From contig NC_058368.1 in assembly GCF_018350175.1 (NCBI RefSeq), positions 205,656,001 to 205,720,000 on the forward strand: a stretch of 64,000 nucleotides of DNA, written 5' to 3'. Below the pieces are notes generated by a model. The model did not search any database and was not told the DNA's origin. It saw only the letters and a program-made list of their open reading frames with translations. The stretch comes from Felis catus. Lineage: Eukaryota. Made by a program: the position numbers and the translations under genes. Shown here piece after piece: positions 11,312-23,039 of this stretch (positions are counted from its first letter, which is position 1; each line of letters begins with the position of its first letter).

Positions 11312-11980
11312 TTATTAATTTCCTAGAGCTGATAACAAATTACTACAGACCTGGTAACTTAAAACAACAGAAATAGGGGCACCTGGATGGTTCAGTTGGT
11401 TGAGCATCTGACCCTTGGTTTCTGCTCAGGTCCTGGTTTCAGGGTCATGGTATCGAGCCCCACATCAGGCTCCACACTAAGTGTGGAGCCTGCTTGAGAT
11501 TCTCTCTCTCCTTCTGCCCCCTGCCCCACTTGCTCTCATGCATGTGCTCTCTCTCTCTCAAAAAACAAAAAACAAAAACAAAAAAGAAAAAAAGAGGAAA
11601 GAAAGAAAGAAAGAAGAAGAAAATAACAGAAATATATTCTGTCTCAGTTCTGGAGGCTGAAAGTCTGAAATCAAGAGGTCAGCAAGGCTATGCTGTCTCT
11701 GAAGGCTTTAAGCAAGAATCCTCCCTGCCTCTCTCTCAGCTTATGGTGGTTATCAGCAATCTTTGACATTCCTTGGCTTGCAAATACATCATTCCAGTCT
11801 CTGTTATGGCCATTTCTGCACATGTCTCTCTCTGTGTCCCAATTTCCTTCTTGTTACAAGAATCTGTCATTAGATTATAGCCTGTCCTAATCCAGTATGA
11901 CCTTGATGACATCTGAAAAAGACTCTATTTCTAAATGATATCACATTCGCAGGTGCTAGGGGTTGGGACTTAGGCATAAT
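11312..11980 (-). mobile_element. MaLR LTR (MLT1B/C-like), split by a CanSINE
   Basis: 'attaatttcctagagctgataacaaattac...ttaaaacaacagaaat' continues after the SINE as 'cagttctggaggctgaaagtctgaaatcaag'. Confidence 0.85.
11376..11620 (+). mobile_element. CanSINE (older) with a compound A-rich tail
   Basis: ggggcacctggatggttcag head. TSD aaa(c/t)aacagaaata at 11362-11375 and 11621-11634. Confidence 0.93.
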
Positions 11981-12169
11981 TCTGTGGTCAGTGTCTCAAA
12001 GCATGATTCTGTTCCTTTTTTGTGCATTTCCCTTCTCGTCAGCTTTCTTTCTCAGGTACATAACCCATTGGGTTTCTCAGGCCAATAACCCATCTTCTCT
12101 GAGTTTTTACAAAACAAAAACAAGGAATCAGAAGAACTCATAGAACTCATGGACCAAAAGCAATGGATT

Positions 12170-12700
12170 AATAGTCAGACACCAGAGTCTAGTCAGGAAA
12201 ACATAAATCACACCAGTAGTTTTAATAGAGAGAATTTAATATAAGGAATCGGAAGATGGGAAAGGCAAAAAAGCAGCAGTGAGGTGACACAGAGGTAGTA
12301 GCTGCGGGAAGATCAAAGGGGAATGGTTGGAACTTGTGCTTGGAAAAGGGGCTCACAGAGCTGAGACCAAAACCACTGTGGAGATGGTGTTGGGCCATCT
12401 GCTGGTATCTTAAGGGTACACTGAGGTTAGTTATGAGTCTGGAAAATATTGGAAACCAGAATCACCTGCCACTGCCTAGGTGACAAGATGTCGCTGAAAT
12501 GACACTGATAGCAACAGCAAACATTCAGGAAGGAGCATGTCCCTTCTCCTTCTGCCTGTCACTAGCATCCCCTTAGTACATCTGATTATGCCAGAACCAG
12601 ACTGGGAGCCATCAAGCACAGGTGAGACACGGTCCAGTGTCCTGGCTGCAGCATCGCAAAGCGGAGTGTGGAAAGATGGGTTTGGAGCTGAGAGATGTAG
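12170..12700 (-). mobile_element. LTR33-like ERVL solo LTR
   Basis: Reverse complement begins 'ctcagctccaaacccatctttccacactccgctttgcgatgctg' and contains 'gaagggacatgctccttcctg'. The other end reads 'tagtcaggaaaacataaatcacacc'. Confidence 0.75.
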
Positions 12701-13212
12701 GTCCAAGTTTGCAGAGCCATTTTTTTTTTTTTTCAGATTTGAAAGATTAGTCAACACGAAGCTGGTAGAAAGGGGGTAAAAAGGAAGTCTTAATGAAACT
12801 CAGAAAGAAGCAGAGGAAGTGGGGAAGAAAGACTTCTTTCAAGACCAGGAAGTAGAGTAGAATGAATGAAGTTGGTGGATTCCTTACTAACACTGGATAT
12901 TTTTAGCCCTTGAACTGAAGGTTTTGAACTTAAACACTTTGGTTGGAGATAAAGGCATGTGGGGGAAAACCTTACCTTCTAATCAAGGAGGAGCTAAAAA
13001 GACCCAGGTGGGAATTTCCTCACAACCTGGGGCAGCTGCTGGGACTGCATCGCTGTTTAAATTCCACTAATAGGGAACAAGTGCTATTTATTATATGCTC
13101 CTGTTGTATGCACTGAAGGGAATAGAAAAATAAATATGAACACATGTATAACTAATTATATAGCAATCAGTGGATAGGACTTTAGAGAACAAATAATTTA
13201 TACTCTGTACTG

Positions 13213-13459
13213 CAGTGTTTCTCAACATATTTATTTCTCATTATATGTCTGCCCCTTGAAAGTGCCCCTTTCAGACACTTTTTCCTAATTGTTCTCTTCC
13301 CATAAAATTTTCATACCATAGATATACTTACTATACATCTGTCTATATAGTGTGGCTGGAGAGACACAAACCATTGTAATGCTGAAGGTTTCCTCTTCCC
13401 ACACCCTGCAAGAACTAATTTACCCCCTCGAGGGAACACTGCCCCACTGAGAATTTATG
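13213..13459 (+). mobile_element. MER112-like hAT-Charlie MITE
   Basis: 'cagtgtttctcaac...gacactttttcctaat...ataccatagatatact...acaaaccattgtaat...ctgagaatttatg'. Confidence 0.75.
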
Positions 13460-13529
13460 CCACAGCGGAATTCGTAGATGCTCCACCAGGAAGTCGTACA
13501 TGCTCCACCCGGAAGCTCCACCCAGAACT

Positions 13530-14785
13530 CCGTCAATGGTGGTGAACCTCTCCCCCCAGCTGCTTTGGGCGTTGCCCTAGGAGAACTCTCCAGAGAATTG
13601 CCCTAGACCCAGTGGAGGTTTTATCCGTCTCAAAATCTCATCAAATCCTCCCCACCTAAAAAAGCTGTACCTACTTACAGTGAGGTACAGAAGGCTGACC
13701 TTCTGTTCCTGCACGGGCTCCTGGAGGCCTCTAGCTGTGCCAAACCGGAAGCTGGCCCCTCAGCCTTAGGCTCCAGAGCAAGCAAGTAAGCTTTTTTCAC
13801 AATAAGACAGGGGGTGTGTTTCAGTCCATTGTCTGCGCAGTGCCCTGGGGGTCCGCTGAGAACTCTCGGATGCTTATAGTCCCACAGGACCCAGAGCCAG
13901 GCAATCACTTAGTGACCCCTGGGAAGCAGCCGTTAAAAACCAGGGCACCAGGTGTGTCTAAAAGCTTCCCTCAGAGGATATTAGTGTTCTGGAGCGTGGC
14001 AGAAGGAAAGCATGAAGTTGGAGCCCACCAGCTGAAATGAGGCAGAGGGAGAGTATATAGATGTTTCCTGGGGGGAAAAGTAGGGGGGGGGGGGGCGAAG
14101 CCTAGGGATGAAAACAAGAAATATTTTAAATAGAATGGAATAGAATAGAATAGAATAGAATAGAATAATAAAGAGGGTGCCTGCTAGCTAGAGTGAGGCC
14201 AGGGGAGAGCTTGAAGATATTGCCCACCAGCCGGCAGGCCTCTAGATGAGTGCTAAATTAGATGCCTGCTCCTCAGGCCATCACTTTGAGGTTAACAAAT
14301 GAGCCTCTTTCACATAACGTCTGGGCATCTAGATCTGCTGCTTCTTTGCCAAGCTGTGGGGAGAGTGAATCCCAGCAGGTGACCCCTATAAGAGCTATTT
14401 GTCAGAGAGCTATAGTCTTGTGGGCCTGGTGGATATGGGCCCCAGTGGCTTTTAAAGCTGGATGTTTTGAGGGCTTGCCTCTCAGGTACAGGTCTTAAAA
14501 GTTGGGGCTTCCCAATGTGGGATTCAAACCCTTTTCTTCTCAGGGAGAGAAGCTCCAGGTTCTGAGATCCCCCCTGACTGTGGTAGCCACCTGGGGGTAG
14601 GGCCTATGGTGAGACTGTGTCCCAGCCTCTGCTACCAGCTTTGATGTGGGCCTTCTGTCCTTTGTCCAATTAGGTACGATCACATAGTTTTTAGGTTCTT
14701 TTCAGAGGAAGTTGTTTCATATTTTGCTGCAGGTTCCATTTGTCTGTGGGGAAAGGTGAGCCTAGGGTCCTCCTACATCACCAAA
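13530..14785 (-). mobile_element. Probable old L1/HAL1 5' UTR region (Laurasiatherian type), antisense
   Basis: GC-richer block with 'caggtcttaaaagttgggg', 'aaacccttttcttctcagggaga' and 'gagactgtgtcccagcctctgctacc'. It ends in 'ggtgagcctagggtcctcctacatcacca', resembling the decayed YY1-containing L1 5' end. Family uncertain. Confidence 0.6.
14129..14167. repeat. (AATAG)n pentanucleotide microsatellite
   Basis: About 8 near-perfect units. Confidence 0.92.
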
Positions 14786-15849
14786 TGCAATGAGAATTCC
14801 AAGAAGCTCCATCCTAAAGGAAGAGTCCAAGCTAGGTGAGGAGGGATGCGTGAATGAAATATATTTGTGCACATCAGAATGGGAAAAGATGTGGAAATTT
14901 TTGGAGACGGTGAAGAGGCTGTGTATTCAAATTAAAGAGTAAATCAAAATGAGTGGACATGGTAGCTATTTCAGAGAATGGTTATTCTGTTTTGCAGAGA
15001 GATTAGGAAATTTTGAAGTGTTCTGGAGAAAACAAAAGCAATTCAATTTGTTAACATCAGGGAATGATTTACTGAGAGGTTGCTTACTTACTTACTTACT
15101 TGGAGTGAGGGAGGGGAGACAACAGAGGCAGGCACTTCCAGACCCTGATTAAGTGGGAAGGTCAGACACACACATGGAGTAGTCCAAGAGTGACAGAGGG
15201 TAGTGTAACAAAATGTAACATTGTATGGTTCCTCTGTGCTGGCTGTAGGATTGTAGAGAAGAGTGACTGATGTGGTTGACCGATTATGCAAATCCTGAGT
15301 GATAAATCAGGGCAAAATAGAGATAAAACAGGATTTGGAACTTAAAGCCGTTCATAGTATAAGTCATATTACCTCCTTATAGGCTGTTGGGCTGTAGCAG
15401 AATGAGGAGTGGGTGAAAGCAGATAGCTATTTGGACAACCTTTTCAATAGTTCTCTGTCTTCAGAGATCTGACATTTCCAGAAAAAGCAAGCCCAGAGTT
15501 TGTCAGATGTTCTGCTTTTGGACGAACGAGCTTCCTGTTGAGTTTTGTTCTCCTTCTTTTTGGCAGAAAAATCAAACTCTGGCTTATAGATTGAGAGAGC
15601 CAGTGAGAAAACTTCACTGCAGATCCCTATGGTTAATGGCCCTGAGCATTTGAGGAAACACATCTATTCCAAAGTAGTAGAGGACAAAACAGCCTATTGG
15701 AAATAAGAATAACTGAAAGGTAGTGGATCCAAGCAAAGGAACCATGGACATCTAGAAAAGGTGGGGTTAAGGGAGTATAAGATTAAAGAGAGAAAATGAT
15801 AGTCGATGCAGAGTCACCTTGAGGCAGATTCTACAGTTCTTGCTGACTC

Positions 15850-16580
15850 TAACTTTTTATTCTTTCTTAAATTTGTCCCCATCTCTCCATACTCATTGCC
15901 ACTGCCCCTGTTTGGATCACAGTTACTGTTCACCTAGACTGTTGCAACACTCTCCCAGCTTGGCTTTACTGCTTCATGCCTTGCCACTCTCAGCCTGACC
16001 CCAATTCATCTTTCACTCTGCTGCCAATGAGCTTTCTGAAATATTCATCCATTCATCACACAAATATTTGTGAAACACCTCCCATGAGCTAGGCACTCTA
16101 CTGGGTGCTGGTCAGACATTGATCCGTTAACCATACATGGTCTCTGCCTTCAAGGGGAATGTCCTTAATGGACAGCTGCAAACAATGAATAGAGTTTTGA
16201 AGACCAAGTGTGAGGAGGGTGCCAGCACCACGGGGGTCATGGTGTGGTTGGGAGGAGGGAAGGGGCAGGATCTAAAAGAACCTTAAGAGACCGATGGCTG
16301 CAGGTCATGTTAGAGCTTTTAGTTATTAGCTGAAAGCTATAGAAAGGCTGGCCAGATGAAGTTTGTTGATAAGAGGAGATCTGAGTTTTGCGAAGACCAT
16401 TCTGGCTGCAGAGCTGAGAAAAGTTTGGAGGGTGCTATCTAATTGTATCTCTGCCTTCTCTCCTCTCACACAATCCCTGAGTTTTCAGGTTTAAATCCTG
16501 GCCCCTTAGTTTAGTGTTCAAAGGCTTTTAACAGACTGACTCTGCCTCCCTGACCAGTTCCATCAATTGTTGGATTTCTT
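15850..16580. mobile_element. L2 fragments in both orientations (+ about 15850-16045 and 16440-16580; - about 16045-16440)
   Basis: 'tctccatactcattgccactgccc...cctagactgttgcaacactctcc'; antisense L2 3' end 'attcatccattcatcacacaaatatttg...ctaggcactctactgggtgctgg'. Confidence 0.6.
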
Positions 16581-16594
16581 CTACAGTTTATACA

Positions 16595-16975
16595 TCTGGC
16601 TCCCAGTCAGAATTACCTGGGGACATGTTAAAAATTCAGATTCTCAGAACCCATCCCCAGGTATTTTGTTTTATTAGTTACAAGGTTTGACTTGAAAATT
16701 AACATTTCTTTTTTTTTTAAGTTTGTTCGTTTATTTTTAATTTTTTTCAATGTTTATTCATTTTTGAGAGAGAGACACAGAGCATGAGTGGGGGAGGGGC
16801 AGAGACAGAGGAAGACAGAACCTGAAGCAGGCTCCAGGCTTTGAGCTGTCAGCACAGAGCCCGATGTGGGGTTCAAACTCACTAACTGTAAGATCATGAT
16901 CTGAGCCTATGTCGGACACTTGACCGACTGAGCCACCCAGGTGCCCTGAAAATTAACATTTCTAAACAGTATCAC
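16595..16975. mobile_element. MER5A-like fragment, split by a CanSINE
   Basis: 'tcagaattacctggggacatgttaaaaattcagattctcagaacccatcccc'. Confidence 0.6.
16710..16946 (-). mobile_element. CanSINE
   Basis: Perfect 17-bp TSD tgaaaattaacatttct at 16693-16709 and 16947-16963. Confidence 0.97.
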
Positions 16976-16992
16976 ATGCTGACAGTCTAGAC

Positions 16993-17199
16993 CAGGGCTG
17001 TCTAAACATAACTTCCTGTGAAAATGGAATTTTCCCTTATCTGTAGTGTCCAATATGGTAGCCATTAGTCACATGGAACTATTGAGCACTTGAAATATGG
17101 CTAGTGCAACTGAGAAACTAAATTTTAATTGTAATTAATTTAAATGCATTAATTTAAATAGCCACCTGTGACAAGTGGGTAGCAAATCAAACAATCCAG
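16993..17199 (+). mobile_element. MER3 hAT-Charlie MITE, full length
   Basis: 'gtccaatatggtagccattagtcacatg...tattgagcacttgaaatatggctagtgcaactgag'. 8-bp TSD gtctagac at 16985-16992 and 17200-17207. Confidence 0.9.
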
Positions 17200-17726
17200 G
17201 TCTAGACTCTAGTGTGAGACATTTCCTGAATCATGGCTGTACTCAATCTGTAGTTCCCTGCCTAAGGGTCTAGGCACGAGTTCCCCATTCCAGGAGTCTG
17301 TTCTCCCCTAATCATCCTGTCTTCCCTACATGGTCAACTTCCATGAAGTTTATGGGTCTCTCCTCCAAGAACATTCCCTTGACCTCTTCAGGGCTGGATT
17401 AGATACCCGTCTTCCAGTATCGCAAATTTATGCCTCTTTGTATTCCCAACACCTTGAGGGCTGCCTGGATACAGAACTGTCTGTACATACTTGTTGTATA
17501 AGTAAATAAATGAAAAAATAAAGAACACCAAGGTGCAGAATCACTTAACTGAGTCAGGCATAGATAGATACTGATAATTAGAAGGACTGCAACTTTGCTA
17601 TATGGAACTCCACAAAGCTGACCTCCAGAGAATTAAACTGTTCATGATCTTTATTTGATAGTGGGGTCGATGTCATGTCTTCAATCTGTTTGTGGTTCAG
17701 TTAGCTTTGCAATGTGCAGGTGATGG

Positions 17727-17970
17727 CATGGTTTGGGGAGAAAAATTTTGGAGCCAGACTACCTGTATTGAAACACTGATTCTGTCACTTACTAGCCGTG
17801 TGACCCCAGGGTAGATGTTGTTACTTAACATTTCTTTTACTCAGTTTGGTCATGTACAAAATGGGTTAACCATAGTACCTACCTCTCAGTGTTGTTAATG
17901 AATTAATATTTGTAAAGGGCTTAGGACAATATTTGACACACATTAAAGAATTAAGTGTTTGTTAAGTAAA
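17727..17970 (+). mobile_element. MIR
   Basis: 'ttggagccagactacctg...ctgtcacttactagccgtgtgacc...ctcagtttggtcatgtacaaaatggg...agtacctacctc'. Confidence 0.85.
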
Positions 17971-18069
17971 TGAAAAGCAAACTTAGCTATTGACTCCATT
18001 AATATCCCTAGTTAGTGATCTTGTATCTTGATCAAAAGGGGACTTAGGAGAAATGTAGGCAGTATATAT

Positions 18070-18071
18070 TT

Positions 18072-18113
<42 letters not shown>

Positions 18114-18163
18114 TTCCTTCCTTCCTTCCTTCCTTCCTTCCTTCCTTCCTTCCTTTCTTTCTT
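18070..18163. repeat. Compound (TTTC)n(TTCC)n microsatellite
   Basis: Adjacent tetranucleotide arrays. Confidence 0.97.
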
Positions 18164-18222
18164 ATTGGTTTTGTAGATGTTTTATTTATTATGCCACTTC
18201 CCTACTAACTTTTTAAATTCAG

Positions 18223-18600
18223 GTTTTTATTTAAATTCCAGTTAGTTAACATCTAGGCATAGGTAGATACTGATAATTAGAAGGACTGCAACTTTGCTAT
18301 ATGGAACATCTAGTGCAATGTTAGTTTCGGGAGTAGAATTTAGTGATTCATCACCTATATATAACACCCAGTGCTCATCACAAGTGCCCTCCTTAATACC
18401 CATCACCCATTTAACCTGTTCCTCCACCCACCTTCCCTCCAGCAACCCTCAGTTTGTTCTCAATAGTTAAGAGTCTGTTTTGTGGTTTGCCTCTCTCTTT
18501 TTTCCCCCCTATGTTCATCTGTTTCATTTCCTAAATACCACGTGTGAGTGAAATCATCTGATATTGGTCTTTCTCTGAGTTATTTCACTTGGCAAAATAC
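18223..18600 (-). mobile_element. Carnivore L1 3' UTR fragment carrying a templated insertion
   Basis: 'tttttatttaaattccagttagttaac...acccagtgctcatcacaagtgccctcc...cagtttgttctc...gagtgaaatcat'. Confidence 0.92.
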
Positions 18601-18949
18601 ATCATTAATAATTAGCAATCACCATGTCTTCTAGGACTCAATCAGGATGAGAGGGAGAGATAGCATTATGAACATTGAGACAGGTTCATGGTAAAGAGCA
18701 CTGCTCTAAGAGTCACTACATAGACTGCAGAGTGTGAGGAGTAGGTGAGAAGGAGTTCTGGAAAGGTAAAAATGAAACAATCAAGTTTTAAATGGAATCT
18801 GGGGTGATTTTGATGTAAAGGTAAGCTTTCTGTAAAACACCTCCTTTCAGATATCTTATTACTTTTTCAATCTAAGCCTGAAATAGATTTTGGAAATAGA
18901 ATGTAAACTTCCACGTCTTCTTTCTCAAAGGATTGCTAATGGGCATTGG

Positions 18950-19385
18950 ATGTTTTCTCATCTACTAAAATTATGACTCTTTCCTACTAGCACCCTTCTT
19001 TCTCTTCTGGGGGGAATTTCCTCCTTGCCATTGTAGGTACTCTTGGTGGGGAGGAAGTCAAGGTGTCCTGTCCGCCTCTGGGGGATGGACATGGATCTAA
19101 CACAGGCTAATCAGACACTTTCCTCTAGGACTTTGAAGTTTGACGGAAAGATATGTGAACTGGATTTACCAATCCAGTCATTCATTACCTTGATACCTAA
19201 ACTCCATGGTTAAGTAGTTCCTTAAGGCTTTGGGCTTAAGGCTTTGGGTTTGCCCTTATTCCTGAATTGGTTCTGGAATTCTGGCTTCTTCAGAATATTA
19301 GCTACTAAATACGCCTCCAACAAATTCCAGGTTGTGTTTACATTAGCCAAAGTTAGTTTTTGGTGTAAAAGGTCTAAACTGATAT
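18950..19385 (+). mobile_element. Highly decayed MaLR LTR (MLT1J/K/M-like)
   Basis: 'ggatggacatggatctaacacaggctaatcaga' and the terminal 'ttagccaaagttagtttttgg...ctaaactgata'. Confidence 0.4.
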
Positions 19386-19619
19386 GACTCATATTTACTT
19401 AAGTCATGACCTAATGAAATAAATGTTGAACTTCATAATTTTCCCTCAAAGCACTATGTTTGAGGATATTCTTTTTGTTGGCTCTGAAGTAGAAAAGGAA
19501 GTTGCAAGGTTGCAGTGATGGGACTTTTTGAAGTGAAAAGGAGTGCTAAACATTTAGGGATATCAAATAAGAAATACAGACTAAAAAGGGAAATTATGTC
19601 CCCAAATCCATCTCCAGAA

Positions 19620-19841
19620 CAGAAGTCTGCAAATATTTTCTGAAAAGGCCAGACAGTAAATAATTTAGACTTTGAGGGCCGTGCAGTCTTGATCAAAACT
19701 CTTGAACTCTGCCTTGTATCACAAAAGCAGCTATTGACAATGTGTAAATAAATAAACAAGGCTCTGTGCCAATAAAACTTTATTTACAAATATAGGCAGC
19801 AGACAGGATTTGGCTCATGGACCATAGTTTGCTGACAGTTG
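19620..19841 (+). mobile_element. MER58A hAT-Charlie MITE
   Basis: 'gcaaatattttctgaaaaggccagacagtaaata...gtgccaataaaactttatttacaaa...ggatttggctcatggaccatagtttgctgac'. Confidence 0.9.
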
Positions 19842-20164
19842 CCTTGGAATTGTGCCTGGTATATGTCAGGCATTTAATGAATATTCATCAACTGGATGAA
19901 TGAAAAAAGGGTCAGTCTCTAGGAATGGCACAGTTCCCATCTGATGACTTCTATTTTCTTTGAGTATTAGCAGCAAGAGGTCAGATATTGACAGTGGAAT
20001 AGAGTTGGACTTTGAGATCTTTAGAGAAGTTCTGAAATAACGGCTGGTTGGGGACAATGTCTGACTCCAAAATCCAATTCCTGTAGTTGGCTAGGAATAG
20101 CTTACTGGAAGGGAAAGGAAAGGAATTAACATCCATTAAGAGTTCGTCATGAAAAGCTCTTTGG

Positions 20165-20310
20165 AACACTGGAATTATCTGAGGTGTTTGTTAATAGATG
20201 GGGATTCTCAGGCTCCTCCCCGGACCTTCTGAATCAGAGCCTCTGAATGCACTGCTATTTTCATCAAGGTCCTAAAGTGATTCTTATGCAAATTAAGTTT
20301 GAGGACCAGT
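20165..20310. mobile_element. MER5A/B-like MITE fragment
   Basis: 'gattctcaggctcctccccggaccttctgaatcagagcctctg...gtgattcttatgca...aagtttgaggaccagtg'. Confidence 0.75.
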
Positions 20311-20344
20311 GGCTTGGTTGATATCAGCAACTTAAAATATATTA

Positions 20345-20515
20345 TATAATCTCCACAACAACCTTATGCAATAGATATTATTAGCCCCATTTTATAAATG
20401 GAAATACTGGAGCTTAGAGTCACAGAGAGGATTGTGCAGTCACATATATAGTAAGTGAAAGCACAAGGTTTCACATCTGCACTTGTCTGCATTAAAGTCC
20501 ACGATTCCCCACTAT
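20345..20515 (-). mobile_element. MIR
   Basis: 'ccacaacaaccttatg...attattagccccattttataaatggaaatactggagcttagag'. Confidence 0.8.
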
Positions 20516-23039
20516 GCTTTCCTGCCTCTAGCAACAACAACAAAACGAAAATATGGATTAAATTCTTCTAGGACGTTATTTGGCTCCATCTGTGAAAAGA
20601 TTGAAAATACTACTGAGGTTCAGTTTGAAAATGAGATAGCTGAAGATGAAGCATTTTGGACTGAGATTTGAAGACTGTTGTATAAACTAAGGACAGACAG
20701 TCCTATACAAATGTAGTCCCTGGGATGAGTGGCGGATTTGGAGTAAGAAGGAGTTTCTTTGAAATGTGTCATATTTTTGTTTTCAGTGTTCTAGCACAAC
20801 AGAGATATGCTAGAGATATTTTTCTGAGGCTGTTCCTGGAATCAATTTGATGCAAGCTCCTTTTGATGTGTAAAGAGATAAACTAAAATTCACTCATGTT
20901 GTGAATAACATCCAGATTGGCTCCTTCTATAATCATGTTGTATCTTATTTTACCATGCATAACATATTTAGTTCCCCTGTGTTTGCCATGCCATCATTTC
21001 ACAGAATTATATATTATATAGGCTATGTTTCAGTTCAAGTGGGGTGAACTTAACTGCCAGTTGTTTCCAGCTATGTACTACCACCACATTGAACTGGGAC
21101 TTCTGTGCTAATTCCTTCATGCAGGCCATCCCTTGACCAGCAAGCCAGCTGGAAGCAAATAAGCATAAGTATGATTTTCCTCCATCCAGTGAAGAGCTCT
21201 GAGATAGGGCTTGGTGAGATCCAGAAGGTACAAGAAAGGACCATGTGAATCTCCTGGAAATGAGCCATAGTTGGGTCCTCTTGCTCTTCCACTGATTGCT
21301 AACTTATGCGTATCTGAAGTTGTACAAGTTTGTTGCCTGGCTAACTTTATTCCAAGACTTAAAAGGCTTCTGTTTTTGTTCAATACCTGGAAATACAAGG
21401 CAACTATGAAAATTTGAGTATGGAGGAGGATCTGGAATACCAGAGGAGTAGCGATCTATATTAACTGTAAAGAAAATGTGCCTGTTCTGAACAGGCAATA
21501 TCTATTCCATTTACTTATATAAAAGTAAACCCTAATCAGAAAGACAGAATTTACTGTACAAATTTAATAAAATTTAAAAATAACTCTGATTATATGCAAA
21601 TTTGGGTTTATGGGATACCCTTTTGAAGGTCACCTTCCAGTATGATGTGACTCTGCTCTTTTGAAATAGTTGATACGTGCTGAATTGCACCTTAATTAAA
21701 TTCCCTTATGTGTTGTTGGATTAAAAGCACCATCAGCACTTCATAAACTGTATGTAAATTTTTTAACAGAAATTTGAAACATTGTACACTGGCTTTTATT
21801 CAATACCCTCACCTCTTTCCATAAAACTGCTGTCAGTGGCTGTGTGCCCATTTAATACCAGTCTAGGCAAAGCATAGATGGAAAAAATCACATCTATTAC
21901 CAAAAAAAATCATCCAGTATAATATGTTCCCCAATTATTATCCAAGTAGTATATTGTGCGTTATCTATGCCAAGGCTCAGCTTCTTTTAGCATGGAAAAT
22001 CGAGAAAGGACTAGACAGCCAAAATTATAGTGTTTACAAAGGACAACTTTATGAGCCAGAAAGAAACTGCCCTACATTCCTGCCAATGGCAGGAAAGAAT
22101 GCCTTCCTCCTAAGCCCAGCCATAAGGTTCCATCTGCCAGGTGATATTGCAGTATCAAGGAACAGATGATTCCATGGTCTGCCCTGATTTTCTTACCCCA
22201 CAAGGAGTCTAATATATAACATATAACAGGAGGAATGGCTGAGAACTCTTGTACTGAATGAAACCTGCCTGACCAAAGATACTGCAGGGTCAATCCCCTG
22301 CTGATAAATGTCCTCTGGAAGAAGTAAGAAATTTCACAGTACCTTACTTAAAGGGACATCCAAAAGAGCTGCCAGAATTAGAGCAAGGAGAAAACTCTTG
22401 GCTGACAACAAGTCTTGAGACTCCTCTTGAACTTTTATCCTTAAGAATACAGGTTCTCCATTTTATGAACATCCCATTTGGAATTATTCTGTATATAAGA
22501 ACAAGTGGCTCACGTCAGGTAGGGGCAGTGGAAGGAATAGTTAGTCTTTGCACTCAATTAGAAGCAAAATTTACCAGATCCTAACAGATGTCTGGAAACA
22601 ACAGACCCCAATCAAGTAGAAGGAATGTAGACAATTTTTAGCAGTGAGAAGTCAAGCACCACAGCAATGATGTTTTGTAAGAAGCAGTAAGAGTTTGCAT
22701 GATGGGTACCATGCCATAAAGACTGGAATCTGGGCCAGGACTCCAGATTGCAGGAGAATTCTGGGGAGAAAGATAAAAATCTCTGCACCAAAGGAGTGAA
22801 GTTAGGGAGCAGACACAGGAAATAGCACAATAGTTTTCCCAGAGCAGGAAGAATGTCTTAGTAATTTTGGGGCCCCATTTTCTAGCTCAGTGCCTCGGGA
22901 ATAGGGAGTGCATTTGAAACTGCTGATCACTGTATTCACTCTTGAACAACAATTCCCTTTGGTTTCTGTGGCATTAGCTTTTTCTGTTATTCTTTAACTC
23001 CCTTGGCCATGCCTTTTAAAAACCTCCTTTGAAGGGTTT

